Assembly: GCF_018977255.1 (NCBI RefSeq)
Contig: NW_024704743.1
Coordinates: forward strand, 11,038,001-11,102,000
Direction of reading: 5' to 3'
Length of the DNA stretch: 64,000 nucleotides
DNA from: Callorhinchus milii
Taxonomy: Eukaryota
The notes under the pieces are model-generated. The model did no database searches. It saw only the letters and a program-made list of their open reading frames with translations, and was not told the origin of the DNA. Shown here one piece after another: positions 61,774-64,000 of this stretch. The translations under genes were made by a program, and so were the position numbers. Within the stretch, counting starts at the first letter, position 1. Every line of letters starts with the position of its first letter.

Positions 61774-63020
61774 AACAACAACAACAACAAAATTACATTT
61801 GTATAGTGCTGTTCAACATCAGGAGGCAGTCCCAAGGCACTGGACAGTCAGTGTTTTGGACTCGAACTAAGGGTCGGGATTGGGGAGGGTGGAGGGCAGT
61901 GGGTGGAAGCAGGGTGATCGAAGGCATGGTCAAAGAGAACGGTCTTGAGATGGGTCTTGAAGGAGGCAAGGGAGAGGCAGGGATGGAGTTCCAGAGGGTG
62001 GGGACAGTGTGGCAGAAGGCCTACCATCAATGATGCGGTGGGCGTGGCGGGAGGCATAAAGCAGGTCTGAGCCCGCTGAGCGGAGGGAGTCGGCAGTATA
62101 GTAAGGGCTTAGGAGGTCGCAGAGGTAGGTAGGAGCAAGGCTATGGAGGGTTTTGAAGGTGAGGACCAGGATCTTGAACTGTATCCTCTGTGTGATGGGA
62201 AGCCAGTGGAGTCGGGTGAGGATGGGGGTGATAGGGTCACGGAGCCTGGTGCGGGCGAGGACACGGGTTGCAGAGTTCTGGATGATCTGCAGCCTATAGA
62301 GGGAGGAGTTGGGGAGGCCGACAAGCAAGGAGTCTGAATAGTCAAGCCTTGATGTTATGAATGCATGTATGAGGGTTTCGGCGGACTGCGGTGTGAGACA
62401 GTGGTGGAGCCGGATAATGTTGTGGATTGGGGGGGAAGCCAAAGCAGGTCATGGCACGGATGTGGGGTAGAAAAGATAGTTGAGGGTCAAACAAGATGCC
62501 AAGGTTCCAGACTGGCTTAGTAAGGTGGAGTGTGATGGTGATGCTGTCAGCTCCTGAGCTGTGGAGGCGCTGACAGGAGCAAATCAGGAGAGCCTCGGTC
62601 TTGCTGACATTCAACTGAAGAAAGTTAGCTCTCAGGTGGACTTAATGTCTGACAGACATTCTGTCAGCACAGCAGTGGTTCTGGAGTCAAGGGTGGAGGG
62701 AGAGAGGTACAGTTGGGTGTCATCTGAATACATGTGGAAGTTGACCCCATGTCTGTGGATGATGTCACCAAGAGGAAGCATATAGATGTTGAAGAGGAGG
62801 GGACCAAGGACAGAGCCCTGAGGAATGCTGCACGAGACAGTGCAGGGGCTAGAGGAGAAACCATTTGTGGAGATAAAGTGGAGGCGGTATGAGAGGTACG
62901 ATATGAACCATTCAACCAGTGAATGTTGAGGTGGTGGATGAGGATGAGGAGCGGTCAATGGTTTCGAAGGCGCAGAGAGGTCAAGGAGAATGAGGAGGCA
63001 GAGGGAGTCCTGTTGCAGAT
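61774..63020 (-). mobile_element. L2 3' half (~1.25 kb) including the RT core
   Basis: [20 protein letters not shown]...[25 protein letters not shown]...LHWLPITQRIQFK; (TTG)n tail. Confidence 0.95.
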
Positions 63021-63494
63021 GGACAGAATTCCTACTTACTGCTAGTTAAACAGATGTGTGTGGAGTAAGGAAACTTGCCCAACGTTTCACTCTGCCGAGA
63101 ATCAAACTCACATCTCTCACTTGCAAGGTAAGTGATCTAACCACTAAGCTACAGGACTTCATTGAAGGGATTGTCATTTGCATGAAGCATTAAACTAAGT
63201 TCCTATTGCCTCTTCAGGTGGCTTTTGAAGACCTCTTGGCACTATATATACATAAATATATATATACAACGCAGCATACCCTCAGCACTTAGAATGTCAG
63301 TCTAGAATATAAGCTCCAAATTGCTGGTGTGATGCTTCAACCCACAACTTTCTTATTTGGAGGCACAAGTGCTATGAACTGAGCTAGACTGACACATACA
63401 CAATTGCATTTGTTAGCCAAATATTGCTATTTACATCTAAATATTAAAAATACAGGATTACTAAGACATATCCAAATGTTTTTCATTGAGATCA

Positions 63495-63741
63495 GCGAGA
63501 GACCTGGGTTCGATTCTTGGAAGAAAAAAAACACATGCCTGATAATAATTCCTCAAGAAAAGAAAAGAAAATTAATAGTTTATTCACTCAATCCACGACT
63601 GTTTGTGGGACACTGCTGTACCAATTTTGCCCACAAATGTACAATCAATTCACTTTACACTATATTCTGTGAAGAGCTTTGAGACGTCTTGAAGACGTGA
63701 AAAGCGCTATATCAAATGCAAGGATTATTATTATTATTATT
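63495..63741 (+). mobile_element. tRNA-SINE, short body, older tail loop
   Basis: gcgagagacctgggttcgatt...ctgtttgtgggacactgctgt...gagacgtcttgaagacgtgaaaagcgct...(TTA)n. Confidence 0.8.
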
Positions 63742-64000
63742 CAAAAAGAGAATGAAGTTTCTTCTGGTGTTCTGGTCAACAATTACCCAAATAAAATTGA
63801 TTATTGATTTTATGGTTGTTTTTGGGACATCGCAATGTGCAAATTGGCTGCCATGTTCACTTCCAAATATACAATCACTATACTTTCCAGTAAATCCTGC
63901 AAAGCAGGTTGAGATGTTTCGATGGCGTGATAAGGAGTTGTATGAAATGGTATTGTCAATGATATGAAAGGACTATTATGATAACAAAGGGTACCTGATC

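Noticed and set aside
1..64000. CRISPR arrays, operons or other prokaryotic/viral systems
   Set aside because: No repeat-spacer arrays, gene-dense segments or LTR/viral ORFs seen; the sequence is vertebrate repeat-rich DNA.

Overview
Repeat-dense, non-coding vertebrate DNA. The repeat set (CR1, L2 and Tx1 LINEs, tRNA-headed Deu-domain SINEs, MER131-like relics) points to a cartilaginous fish, probably a chimaera; this is inferred, not verified. No host protein-coding exon is recognisable. Every long ORF is either a decayed LINE ORF or a low-complexity artefact. The most notable structure is at 651-11598: two diverged Tx1-clade retrotransposons lie head-to-tail, with the 14-mer GTGAGCTGAGAATA (middle copy lacks one T) at all three junctions, which suggests repeated insertion into one specific target. 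The second copy lacks all of ORF2 but keeps ORF1, the 3'UTR and the poly(A), like a 'half-LINE'. Also present: a stepwise series of a tRNA+CORE+Deu+L2-tail SINE whose youngest form shares a 24-nt tail with one L2 family, a near-complete single-ORF L2, a fairly young CR1 with a 10-bp TSD, a duplicated CR1-tail/hAT-end unit, a 2.3-kb purine/pyrimidine switch tract, a candidate RFX/CRE/ETS/CCAAT regulatory cluster and a candidate non-coding exon. Family names come from motif recognition, not database searches, and coordinates of old repeats are approximate.
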